A stretch of DNA of 50,013 nucleotides. Source: a phage. Below are positions 38,033 through 46,024 of the stretch, in pieces (within the stretch, counting starts at the first letter, position 1; the number at the start of each line of letters is the position of its first letter). The stretch lies in the sequence record OZ346186.1. The stretch is one strand, 5' to 3'. A program made the translations under genes and the position numbers. The notes under the pieces were generated by a model. It was not told the DNA's origin. It did no database searches and saw nothing but the letters and a program-made list of their open reading frames with translations.

Positions 38033-38257
38033 TCAAAACGGAAAGCATCGCGGGCAGTTAGGATCAAAATTGCATCCGCAATCATTGACAATCATAGTTG
38101 GATCTGCAAATGCAGCGCCGCATTCATGATCCATATCCATTTCACCCAGCGCATCATCAAGCGTTCTGATCTTATATGCAACTTCAAGCGCTGCCTCTTT
38201 ATTTAATCCGGCATCTTCAGCCATTTGCAGGCGCTCAAAAAATCCGTCCTGACTCAT
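38033..38257 (-). CDS. hypothetical Cys-rich protein
   Basis: 74 aa with CGCNFDPNCPRC. Confidence 0.5.
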   Translation of the reverse strand: MSQDGFFERLQMAEDAGLNKEAALEVAYKIRTLDDALGEMDMDHECGAAFADPTMIVNDCGCNFDPNCPRCFPF

Positions 38258-38367
38258 TTCATAATCTCCTTTATAGCAACCAAAATAATAGCAAGACCAG
38301 CAGTGACAACAAAAAGACCAGCAAGGACAATCATCACTACAAATAAAATATCAAGAAATTTCATCAT
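38254..38367 (-). CDS. 37-aa single-pass membrane peptide
   Basis: hand-translated MMKFLDILFVVMIVLAGLFVVTAGLAIILVAIKEIMK; SD aaggtga; stop overlaps next ATG (ATGA). Confidence 0.35.
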   Translation of the reverse strand: MMKFLDILFVVMIVLAGLFVVTAGLAIILVAIKEIMK

Positions 38368-38414
38368 TATTATCACCTTTATTTAAAGGGAGGCGGAAAC
38401 CTCCCATTGGTTAA

Positions 38415-38642
38415 TCATACAGCCTTCCAGCTTTCAATAAACATGCTGTTTTCTTCCAGCAGTTTAATCAATTCTTCGCGCGTGTATTTGCGGATTTTAC
38501 TACCTGGATGTGAGCCAACAACAAACACACCTTTACCACTCGTGATTGTTAACTGGTTGATTCCGCAAGATTTATCCATCTTAATTGCGACGCGGTGATG
38601 TGCATCAACAGTGTTCATGATGTTAGTAACTTTAGCTTTCAT
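38415..38642 (-). CDS. hypothetical protein
   Basis: 75 aa from ATG 38642 (SD gagga); downstream of box promoter 38673-38715. Confidence 0.55.
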   Translation of the reverse strand: MKAKVTNIMNTVDAHHRVAIKMDKSCGINQLTITSGKGVFVVGSHPGSKIRKYTREELIKLLEENSMFIESWKAV

Positions 38643-38672
38643 TATGCAATCCTCATTATATTTGGTGTGATA

Positions 38673-38715
38673 ACTATACCAGGTTTGAGAAATATTGTTT
38701 AGCAATTCGTGCTAT
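38673..38715 (-). promoter_or_regulatory. conserved box (variant ATAGCACGAATTGCTAAAC) + TATAGT (minus strand)
   Basis: box about 38697-38715; -10-like 38673-38678. Confidence 0.45.
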
Positions 38716-38816
38716 CAGTTGAAATAGCTATGGCGCTTTGCTCGCTTGCCGTCTCCGCCATAATGATCATTTGCAACAGCTACCATCCAGGAATTATGGA
38801 ATATTATTAGCTTCAT
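38715..38816 (-). CDS. hypothetical 33-aa ORF
   Basis: hand-translated; stop TGA abuts box copy as in real genes, but no SD. Confidence 0.2.
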   Translation of the reverse strand: MKLIIFHNSWMVAVANDHYGGDGKRAKRHSYFN

Positions 38817-39098
38817 CTAATTAATGCCAACAACGTTAAAACTTACAGCTTTTGTTGCGCTAAATACATACGCTTCAACAGCCTCACCAAATACACGAAT
38901 TTTTCCATAGCCGTACTGCGAATTCATATTGCGCCAAACCGTCCTGTTAGAACAGAACGCGTTACCAGTCTTGATAAGATTATCCATCTCTTTTCTTAGG
39001 TCATGATAATCAAGCCAGAATCTATAAGCGCGTTGTTTAATGAGTTGCGCCTTGATTGTTTCGGCTGAGTTTTTAAAATCGCTGTTTTTGTATGCCAT
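38817..39098 (-). CDS. hypothetical protein
   Basis: 93 aa; start overlaps upstream stop. Confidence 0.55.
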   Translation of the reverse strand: MAYKNSDFKNSAETIKAQLIKQRAYRFWLDYHDLRKEMDNLIKTGNAFCSNRTVWRNMNSQYGYGKIRVFGEAVEAYVFSATKAVSFNVVGIN

Positions 39099-39292
39099 TA
39101 CACAACCTCCATAAAAGTATTGAATCCACGCAGTTTGAAAGCATTGCCATGTTTAACAACGTTCCATGTCAGGCCGGAGTGATACGCAACCATATCCTCA
39201 AGATCAATTGTGATGATAGCGCCTTTCTTAAAGATTCCTTTCTCGTGAGTGGTGTCACGCTGTACAACTTTAACATCAACCTGATTTTCCAT
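39098..39292 (-). CDS. hypothetical protein
   Basis: 64 aa from ATG 39292 (SD gagga); downstream of box promoter. Confidence 0.5.
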   Translation of the reverse strand: MENQVDVKVVQRDTTHEKGIFKKGAIITIDLEDMVAYHSGLTWNVVKHGNAFKLRGFNTFMEVV

Positions 39293-39322
39293 TTTTTTAA
39301 TCCTCGTTCGTTGTCGATGCGC

Positions 39323-39369
39323 ATAATATACCAATCAGAGGCGCATCGGTTTTAACAAAAAGTGCTATT
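39323..39369 (-). promoter_or_regulatory. conserved box + TATTAT (minus strand)
   Basis: box 39349-39369 abuts stop TAA of 39369..39635; -10-like about 39323-39328. Confidence 0.5.
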
Positions 39370-39635
39370 TAGTCCAGGAATTCGATTTCGCGCTCGCCAG
39401 TTAACGGATCTTTAATCCAGAATCCGAGCGCCTCACCGTAAATACCGCCATAGAATCCAAGCGCCGACAGATCCTCACCTTTAACAAATACCAGATCCCC
39501 GCTACGGCTTACGTGAGATACGTTAACGATAACCGGAAAGGTGCGATCCTTAAATGCAGGCCGCAGGGCGTAACACCCGTTATTGAGCAAACGTGCTTTG
39601 CGCTTAACTGGAATAGGTGCATTGATTCGCGCCAT
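39369..39635 (-). CDS. hypothetical protein
   Basis: 88 aa; stop TAA fused to box copy. Confidence 0.55.
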   Translation of the reverse strand: MARINAPIPVKRKARLLNNGCYALRPAFKDRTFPVIVNVSHVSRSGDLVFVKGEDLSALGFYGGIYGEALGFWIKDPLTGEREIEFLD

Positions 39636-39648
39636 CTTTATTTCTCCT

Positions 39649-39894
39649 TCATTGTTGATCGTGTTTAACTGCCATCAGAATATCACATGACTCGTTAATA
39701 AATTTTGCCATGCGCTTATCATCCCCATCAGGGATTAGCGCGTTAAACTCGCGTTTGCTACTGAACACAGTCACTTTATGGAATGATGCGAACGGCATCG
39801 ACGGGAACTCGACGGTTTGCGTCAAGATCCGCAATCCCATCTTTTTGGCCCTTACTTGGGCCTCAGCGAGTTCAAAATCCACTTCATTAATCAT
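39649..39894 (-). CDS. hypothetical protein
   Basis: 81 aa. Confidence 0.5.
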   Translation of the reverse strand: MINEVDFELAEAQVRAKKMGLRILTQTVEFPSMPFASFHKVTVFSSKREFNALIPDGDDKRMAKFINESCDILMAVKHDQQ

Positions 39895-40163
39895 TTCTTG
39901 ATCTCCTCAGCGATAAACTTCAGGACTTTGCGCAAAAACACTTCATTATTGATGGTCGCTGGCAATTCTTCTTTTACTTCTTGCGGCAGGTAAACGTTGC
40001 CATGCCAGGTTAAGCAATCGTAGTTGATACGATAAGAGCAAAGCCACTCGCAATCGTTATCCGCTTCCCAAATGCAGAGTTGCAGAACATCACCGAAATC
40101 CTCAACAGTCAGATCCAGACCGTGACGCTTTGCAAAGTTGAAAGTGGTTTTGCTGATGTTCAT
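39891..40163 (-). CDS. hypothetical protein (first gene of leftward early block)
   Basis: 90 aa; SD caggag; downstream of box promoter 40201-40246. Confidence 0.55.
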   Translation of the reverse strand: MNISKTTFNFAKRHGLDLTVEDFGDVLQLCIWEADNDCEWLCSYRINYDCLTWHGNVYLPQEVKEELPATINNEVFLRKVLKFIAEEIKK

Positions 40164-40200
40164 TTGCTTTCTCCTGATGGGTATCTCGTTTCGATGTGTG

Positions 40201-40246
40201 CATTATGCCGAATCCAGTCAGGCACGTTTTAACAAAAAGTGCTATT
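40201..40246 (-). promoter_or_regulatory. conserved box + ATAATG (minus strand), first promoter of leftward early block
   Basis: box 40226-40246; -10-like 40201-40206. Confidence 0.5.
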
Positions 40247-40260
40247 TGCTTACTGGTCAT

Positions 40261-40300
40261 TATTCCATCTATTCCATTAATCAGGAATAACAGGAATAAC
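40261..40300. repeat. short tandem direct repeats (attccat x2; caggaataa x2)
   Basis: tattccatctattccatt and caggaataacaggaataac read directly. Confidence 0.5.
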
Positions 40301-40500
40301 TCATTCGCGATCACCTGGATTGGGAGACTTTGAGTTTGGTCAATTTTAATCAAGTGATTAACTTTTTGTGTGGAGGGGATAGAGAAACGCGGCCTCTTGC
40401 GTCCTTTCCGGCAATCCTGGCGCGCACATCTGTTATTTTTGTTCCCCATGTTATCTCAAATAAGCCTCCGCACTTTTAGATAACAGAATCGGCGTTCATA

Positions 40501-40720
40501 AACAAAAAGAACAAAATAAAATTTATATATATACCCATAAAATCAATAAGTTAGTTATATATGTATTTATATTTGTTATTTACTGTTGAGCTTGTTATAT
40601 GGGTATATGGTGGGGTGGTATTGTTTGTGGTGATATGTATGTGTGATTGTATATTTTTTAATCAATGGTGATGTGTGGTGATTTTTGTATGTATATATAT
40701 GGGTATGGAGCAATCCTCCG
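40501..40720. repeat. AT-rich and GT-rich low-complexity region with IHF-like site; homolog of 20341-20520
   Basis: same 15-mer at 40540-40554 followed by similar tatat..tatttatatttgtt and GTG/TGG-rich stretch. Confidence 0.6.
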
Positions 40721-40899
40721 TCAACCAAGTCAACAAGGTCATTTTTAACAGAAAAACCAATGACTTAACTGAAGCATTTTGTTATCTTTAAACGCGCCAC
40801 ATGACAAAAATTGTTATTAAAACACAAAAATACATTGACACGTATGAAAGGCAAGGCAATAATGCATCCAGTTTAAACGCAACAAAAGGAGTAGACGCC

Positions 40900-41385
40900 A
40901 TGAGCGAAGAAAATATTAGCACCATGTCGCGTAGTGAGTTCTGCGATATGCTTCGCAGCCTGGGTGCGGCAATTGGTAGCGGCGAGCGTAACAATGTATT
41001 CATGCCAGCACTTTTCTTGTGCGCTAACGTGGAGAACGGCGACGCAATTACAGCATCGTACATGCGCCAGGTTGTAAACCGCGTACCAGAAGTGAAGCAA
41101 AAAGGCGTGATCAGCATTAAGCGAAAGGTGACTGATGAGGGTGATGGCTTTGTGTTTACGCTCACAGAAGCCAAAAGCAAGCCACGCGTTCTGACTGGTG
41201 AAGAAATCGACGAGATCGCAGAAAAGCGCGCAGAGAAGGCGGTAAGCAAAATTCTTAATCACCTGGTAAGCGTAATGCCAAATATCACAGACCTGGAAGG
41301 CGACAAACTTGCTGGAGCGTGTGAGGCTATCGGGCGCTACCAGGATATGATTCGTAAACTCGCTGGAGGAAAAGAGGATGAATAA
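40900..41385 (+). CDS. hypothetical protein (first gene of rightward block)
   Basis: 161 aa from ATG 40900 (SD aaaggag); track ORF from 40801. Confidence 0.55.
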   Translation: MSEENISTMSRSEFCDMLRSLGAAIGSGERNNVFMPALFLCANVENGDAITASYMRQVVNRVPEVKQKGVISIKRKVTDEGDGFVFTLTEAKSKPRVLTGEEIDEIAEKRAEKAVSKILNHLVSVMPNITDLEGDKLAGACEAIGRYQDMIRKLAGGKEDE

Positions 41386-41638
41386 GGCATTAATTGGAGT
41401 TTTGATTGCAATTGCTACCCTGACCGGATGCGAAAAGGCATCGGAATCAACGGTTGTCGTAGGCGTGGAGTCAGATTTCAAAGTCGGTCGCCTGTTCACT
41501 GTTGACGGATGCACAGCATACAGATTCTATGATAACGGTCGCGCGATCTATTACACCAATTGCAAAGGCGCAACGGATAGCACGTACAACAGCGGAAAGA
41601 ACGTAATGCACCAGCAAGTCACAACAGATATTAAATAG
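41378..41638 (+). CDS. lipoprotein
   Basis: 86 aa; signal peptide MNKALIGVLIAIATLTGC nearly identical to that of the Cor-like gene; stop TAG embedded in box. Confidence 0.55.
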   Translation: MNKALIGVLIAIATLTGCEKASESTVVVGVESDFKVGRLFTVDGCTAYRFYDNGRAIYYTNCKGATDSTYNSGKNVMHQQVTTDIK

Positions 41639-41678
41639 CACTTTTTGTTAAAACGCCAGGCGCAAAACCTGGCATAAT
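41634..41678 (+). promoter_or_regulatory. conserved box + hairpin + CATAAT
   Basis: box 41634-41654 includes stop TAG; hairpin gccagg..cctggc; -10-like 41673-41678. Confidence 0.5.
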
Positions 41679-41710
41679 AGCCTCATCGAAACGAGATTGA
41701 GGAAAACAAA

Positions 41711-41896
41711 ATGGCACGTCGCATCACCAAAGACCTTAAAGTCCTGAACAAAGAAAACGTAGTTAAAATTCTGGTTATCTGGGGCTACAACGAAGAAACA
41801 GCAAAGCAGAAGGTAGAGGCAGGTTATGACCTGGCTGTAAAAGCAATGCCAAACGACGACGCCAAAGGAATTGCAAACTATGTAGCTTTCTTTTAA
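41711..41896 (+). CDS. hypothetical protein
   Basis: 61 aa; SD gagga; conserved leader. Confidence 0.5.
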   Translation: MARRITKDLKVLNKENVVKILVIWGYNEETAKQKVEAGYDLAVKAMPNDDAKGIANYVAFF

Positions 41897-41911
41897 TTAG
41901 CAGGTGAATAA

Positions 41912-42097
41912 ATGAAAACGAAATTAGTCCATAAATCAGAAATCAAGATCGGCGATACTGTGATTCACAACGGAGAGCTTAGAACGGTTGGCAAAGAGTC
42001 AATAAGCCACGATGAATTTATGGGGATTTTGTTGTTCGGTGACTCTTATCGTCTTGGTTACAAGATGGTTGAGCTTGTGGAAGAAGTGAAATTCTAA
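41912..42097 (+). CDS. hypothetical small protein
   Basis: 61 aa; SD aggtga; pattern SEIKIGDTV...G.LRTV shared with 42345..42527. Confidence 0.5.
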   Translation: MKTKLVHKSEIKIGDTVIHNGELRTVGKESISHDEFMGILLFGDSYRLGYKMVELVEEVKF

Positions 42098-42141
42098 ATA
42101 GCACTTTTTGTTAAAACTCAAAAACGATAACCAGGCATAAT
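42097..42141 (+). promoter_or_regulatory. conserved box + CATAAT
   Basis: box 42097-42117; -10-like 42136-42141; followed by about 200-nt leader. Confidence 0.5.
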
Positions 42142-42344
42142 AAATCACATAGACGGGCGGCAAGGATTGCTGCGGGAGAGGAGCAACGCAGGGGCTTGAT
42201 CGAAGTGTCATGATTCCCAACCGTTAGGCCAGAACTATCACACTCGCCACCAGGCAGAACGCTAGATAGGTCACTGAGCTGAGGCTACCGACGAAGTGAA
42301 GCCCGTCACCAAAGATTAAACGATTATTTATGTGAAAGGGGTTA

Positions 42345-42527
42345 ATGATGGATAAGATCATCAAAATGAGCGAAGTCAAGCCGGGAATGATGGTTAAGTT
42401 TGCTGGCAAATATCGCCTGGTACTGGATAACTGCCGAAAAGAGAACATTCTCACCATTCGCGTTAACGGCAAGGCGCAGCTATTCGCCCCCACCTCAGAT
42501 ATTAATGTTGAGGTCAGAATTAAGTAA
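42345..42527 (+). CDS. hypothetical small protein (paralog-like of 41912..42097)
   Basis: 60 aa; possible start at 42348; preceded by about 200-nt leader. Confidence 0.5.
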   Translation: MMDKIIKMSEVKPGMMVKFAGKYRLVLDNCRKENILTIRVNGKAQLFAPTSDINVEVRIK

Positions 42528-42595
42528 TAAGCCAGGGCCGGATTTCCGGCCTATAACAAGAAATAATTTTGTTAAACCAATCAGGAGAAATCACC

Positions 42596-43501
42596 ATGTT
42601 AAAACTTGCTGACATTAAATTCCCGATCACCTTCGAATCTCGCGGCGTTGGTCATTTCATGTTTACCGACGAGAAGACATGCACTAAGTTTAACGAATAC
42701 GGAAGTCCAAACGCTTCAACAATGGAGATTGAACACTTCATTGAAGCGCACAATAAACACTACAACTCACTCAGAGACTACGGTTACGCAATGCCAGGCT
42801 ACACTTGCTTGCACTATAAGCCATACAGGGGCCAGGTGTTACCAGTGCGCTCACCGGAACGCGCAGAGATTCCGATGGTCCATATGAAAACCTGCGACTA
42901 CAAAAAGCTGTGGTGCTTAAGTGTGGACAATATCAAGTATCCGATCACGTTCCATACGACTGGTAACTCAACGATTCGCTTCACATCACGCGACAATGGC
43001 GTTTATAGCGATGGTACGAAATCAGAGTTGAAAGTTGATTTCTTTGTTAATGGTCACAACAAATTCAATCCACACAATGAAGAGGATAAGGTGTACTACG
43101 TGGAAGATATTACAAAACACTTGTTTGGAGAAACACCATTCGGCGGCGGAAAGACGTCAATTCAGAAAATCATTGGCGAGGAGATCCACAAAGCTGCTAC
43201 CGAAATGAAAGCGCCTGGAGGCTGTAAGATTGATAAAAGCGACCTTGTCACCATTCGTTCAAAGATTGGCGGAGTTGAATACGAGGGCGCAATTGAAAAA
43301 ATGCCGCTCGGCGCTTCAATCATCGGCATCAAAGACGACAACGGCGATTGGCATGATGTTTCTTTCCCGATCAAGCGTATCGAAGTGCACGACGACTTGA
43401 TTTGCCTCCTGGCGCATCATGGTAGCTATAAGAACAATCCGTTCTCCGCAGAGCTAAACATCAAGCGCGGAACGATGGTTAAGTGGAAGGTTAAAGTGTA
43501 A
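42596..43501 (+). CDS. hypothetical protein with internal tandem domain duplication
   Basis: 301 aa from ATG 42596 (SD caggag); two repeats each containing IKFPITF / IKYPITF. Confidence 0.55.
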   Translation: MLKLADIKFPITFESRGVGHFMFTDEKTCTKFNEYGSPNASTMEIEHFIEAHNKHYNSLRDYGYAMPGYTCLHYKPYRGQVLPVRSPERAEIPMVHMKTCDYKKLWCLSVDNIKYPITFHTTGNSTIRFTSRDNGVYSDGTKSELKVDFFVNGHNKFNPHNEEDKVYYVEDITKHLFGETPFGGGKTSIQKIIGEEIHKAATEMKAPGGCKIDKSDLVTIRSKIGGVEYEGAIEKMPLGASIIGIKDDNGDWHDVSFPIKRIEVHDDLICLLAHHGSYKNNPFSAELNIKRGTMVKWKVKV

Positions 43502-43544
43502 ATAGCACGAATTGTTAAAACTCAAATGTGGGGCCAGGTATAAT
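43501..43544 (+). promoter_or_regulatory. conserved box (variant AATAGCACGAATTGTTAAAAC) + TATAAT
   Basis: box 43501-43521; -10 43539-43544 inside inverted repeat ggcc..ggcc. Confidence 0.5.
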
Positions 43545-43574
43545 GGCCTCACTTTCAACGAAGGGGATAAAACG

Positions 43575-43805
43575 ATGTACATTAACAAGAAGATGAAATG
43601 CATTTCCGTTAACTATGGTTGCTCTGGCATGTTCAAGCCTGGCGAAATCTATATGGCGCAAAAGTTGAAATCATCAACCGGATCTTTTTACGTGAGCAAT
43701 AGTAAGGGGCATCGCATGTTCCTGAACGGCGGTGAAGGCACTAAGGTTATGGCACACGCTATGGTAATTGCTGAATTTGAGGAAGTGAAAGATGAAAACA
43801 AATAA
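43575..43805 (+). CDS. hypothetical protein
   Basis: 76 aa from ATG 43575; downstream of box promoter. Confidence 0.5.
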   Translation: MYINKKMKCISVNYGCSGMFKPGEIYMAQKLKSSTGSFYVSNSKGHRMFLNGGEGTKVMAHAMVIAEFEEVKDENK

Positions 43806-44013
43806 GCGCGTCAAGCACAAGTTTATTGATAATCATGGTGATTCACTTGAAGTATATAAGTTCGGAGATCTCGTGTTTATTGATGGCACGTTTGAAGGTG
43901 GACGCAGGCCGGATTTTAGGTCGATACTTACCGTTGACCAGGTGCGCAAGCTCGCGGATAAGTTAAATGATCTGGCAGATGAAATCGAATACAAGCAAAT
44001 CCATTTTAATTGA
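43792..44013 (+). CDS. hypothetical protein
   Basis: 73 aa; SD gaggaag. Confidence 0.5.
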   Translation: MKTNKRVKHKFIDNHGDSLEVYKFGDLVFIDGTFEGGRRPDFRSILTVDQVRKLADKLNDLADEIEYKQIHFN

Positions 44014-44024
44014 TAGGTTTGATA

Positions 44025-44564
44025 ATGAAAAAATACGAATTTGAACTTTGGGGAAGTAAATACCATTTTTCCACGAGCAAGCCGATTGTTATCGTTGACC
44101 TGGACGGCACTTTATCCGATGGAACGCATCGCTTGCACCTGCTACCGACAGAAGATTTGCACCTTACAGAAAGCTGGTCTGAGTTCAATAAGGCGGCTGT
44201 TGGAGATTCGCCGATTAAGAGCACGGTTGCAGTGGTTAACGGATTGTGGATGTCAGGATTTGCCATCGTTATCCTGACCGGACGAAGCGATGAAGTGATG
44301 GAGGACACCTGCAAATGGCTTAACGAAAACGGCATCAAGTACGATGCGTTAATCATGCGCCGCAAGGAAGACAACCGCAAAGACACAATCATCAAAGAAG
44401 AAGTCTTGCGCGCTATCGGCCTAGAAAACATCGTGTGCGCTTTTGATGATTCGCCGAACGTGGTTAAGCACTTCCGCAGCCTGGGAATCACAACCTATCA
44501 GGTCACGGAATACGACAAGCCACATAATCATATCCAATCGCATGGCGTGGAGGAATTGAAATGA
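44025..44564 (+). CDS. HAD-family phosphatase, T4 Pnk 3'-phosphatase-domain-like
   Basis: DLDGTL HAD motif I; C-terminal KDTIIKEEVL...FDDSPNVV resembles T4 polynucleotide kinase phosphatase domain. Confidence 0.6.
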   Translation: MKKYEFELWGSKYHFSTSKPIVIVDLDGTLSDGTHRLHLLPTEDLHLTESWSEFNKAAVGDSPIKSTVAVVNGLWMSGFAIVILTGRSDEVMEDTCKWLNENGIKYDALIMRRKEDNRKDTIIKEEVLRAIGLENIVCAFDDSPNVVKHFRSLGITTYQVTEYDKPHNHIQSHGVEELK

Positions 44565-44722
44565 CCTGGTTACTTTTAATCTTTGTCACAAGTTACAACT
44601 CCGCCGCTATTGAATCGCAAGAGTTCCACGGCGAATCAAGATGCCAGGAAGCACGAAAACAAGTTATTCTCCACATGTCAGATAGTGGGAAAGATGTAAC
44701 AGCGTTATGCGTTCGTAAATAG
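44561..44722 (+). CDS. 53-aa small secreted/membrane protein
   Basis: hand-translated; hydrophobic N-terminus MTWLLLIFVTSYNSAA; ATG overlaps upstream stop; stop TAG embedded in box. Confidence 0.4.
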   Translation: MTWLLLIFVTSYNSAAIESQEFHGESRCQEARKQVILHMSDSGKDVTALCVRK

Positions 44723-44762
44723 CACTTTTTGCAAAAACAGATTGTCGGGCTTGCTGTATAGT
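44718..44762 (+). promoter_or_regulatory. conserved box (variant ..TTTGCAAAAAC) + TATAGT
   Basis: box 44718-44738 includes stop TAG; -10-like 44757-44762. Confidence 0.5.
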
Positions 44763-44793
44763 AAGCCCATCTACAACAAACGAGGATTAAATC

Positions 44794-45057
44794 ATGGCTA
44801 ATAAAGTTGAGTTTTTCAAAGCGGTAGACAAGATTGACGGCGCGCCAAGTTTCTTTGCTATCCATTCCATTGACGGCGAAGACGTTGCATACAACGTGAT
44901 TAGTCGAGACGGTATATCAAAACTTAGTGACCTGGTGGGTTATATTGTGGCGAACGGGAAATGTGCATGGCCCGATTCGCCACGAGAGCCGCGCCGCCGC
45001 GACATGCAAAATCCAGTTCTGCTTTACACGCTGGTAATTGAAGGAGTCAACAAATGA
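44794..45057 (+). CDS. hypothetical protein
   Basis: 87 aa; SD gagga; downstream of box promoter. Confidence 0.5.
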   Translation: MANKVEFFKAVDKIDGAPSFFAIHSIDGEDVAYNVISRDGISKLSDLVGYIVANGKCAWPDSPREPRRRDMQNPVLLYTLVIEGVNK

Positions 45058-45239
45058 TTTGGTTACTTGTATTTTTGGTGGTTTTCTTTTATATTTCAGG
45101 CTTATTCATCTTCTGCGCGCTGGTGAAAACATGCGATTGCACGGATAAAGATCAGCCTCTTGTTCTGATGTTCTGGTTTGTGTGGTTTTGGGTTGCGCTT
45201 TACCAGATTGTACGGGATAAAAGCGGATTCAAGTGGTGA
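45054..45239 (+). CDS. small two-TMD membrane protein
   Basis: 61 aa, two hydrophobic segments; SD aaggag. Confidence 0.5.
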   Translation: MIWLLVFLVVFFYISGLFIFCALVKTCDCTDKDQPLVLMFWFVWFWVALYQIVRDKSGFKW

Positions 45240-45247
45240 TTCTTACT

Positions 45248-45272
45248 ATAGCGCATTCATGCAGTGCGCTAT
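45248..45272. promoter_or_regulatory. perfect 8-bp inverted repeat ATAGCGCA-N9-TGCGCTAT (operator or RNA stem-loop)
   Basis: read directly; half-site resembles the box core ATAGCAC. Confidence 0.35.
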
Positions 45273-45433
45273 GTTGAGATAACAACATGAGATCATGAAG
45301 ATGCGAAACTTCGAAAAAATCGTATCCAAGAAGAAGCGATACAGCTACTACGAGCACCAAGAGATGAATTAACGCTATCGCAAAAAGCGCCAGCGCAAAG
45401 GTAAACATTCCAGTAAACATGGAGAAAATCAAT

Positions 45434-46024
45434 ATGAAACGAGACATTATCATCCTTAACGGACCGCCAGGAGTTGGCAAAGATACGATTGCGGCATACT
45501 TAACGGGTCATCGTTACGCAGCGGTTAAAGCGTCATTTAAACAGCCTATGTTCGATATTGCATTCTCCATGCTTGGCGTTTACCGATATGACGAGTTCAT
45601 TGATCTGTATAACGACCGCGAGCAGAAAGAAAAGCCTCAAGCAATCTTGCAAGGCAAGTCGCCTCGCCAGTTCATGATCTGGATTAGCGAAGAAGTCATG
45701 AAGCCAGCTTTTGGCGAGCAATATTTTGGGGATCGCATGGTTGAGCAAGTACACGAGATGTACAGAGATTTAGCTGTTGTAATTAGTGATGGCGGATTCC
45801 CTGAAGAAATCAAGCCGCTCGTTAAGGCAGGCCATGAAGTTCACATTTGCCGACTGCATCGCGAAGGATTCACGTTTGATGGCGATTCGCGAAACTATAT
45901 TGACCTGAGCGGATACCATCACCGAGTCAAGCATTACGACTTCACAATGACTGATGGCGAGCCAGAAAAGACTGTTGACGAGATCATCAAAACTGTCCAG
46001 TGGAAACACATTAAGATTGAATAG
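45434..46024 (+). CDS. deoxynucleoside monophosphate kinase (T4 Dnk-like)
   Basis: P-loop GPPGVGKDT and QGKSPRQ segment resembling T4 gene 1 kinase; start 45434 has SD ggaga (track start 45419). Confidence 0.6.
   Translation: MKRDIIILNGPPGVGKDTIAAYLTGHRYAAVKASFKQPMFDIAFSMLGVYRYDEFIDLYNDREQKEKPQAILQGKSPRQFMIWISEEVMKPAFGEQYFGDRMVEQVHEMYRDLAVVISDGGFPEEIKPLVKAGHEVHICRLHREGFTFDGDSRNYIDLSGYHHRVKHYDFTMTDGEPEKTVDEIIKTVQWKHIKIE

Noticed and set aside
40102-40449. 115-aa minus-strand ORF spanning the repeat-rich intergenic region
   Set aside because: Overlaps the 3' part of gene 39891..40163 in another frame and runs through tandem repeats and the box promoter; no SD; more likely non-coding.
42150-42310. 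Possible tRNA or other known RNA gene in the GC-rich leader (and elsewhere)
   Set aside because: No T-loop-like GTTCRANYC segment or cloverleaf-compatible arrangement could be found by eye anywhere in the window; no tRNA called.
42224-42493. 89-aa minus-strand ORF across the long leader
   Set aside because: Antisense to gene 42345..42527 and to the box-promoter transcript; no SD; region better explained as structured 5' leader.
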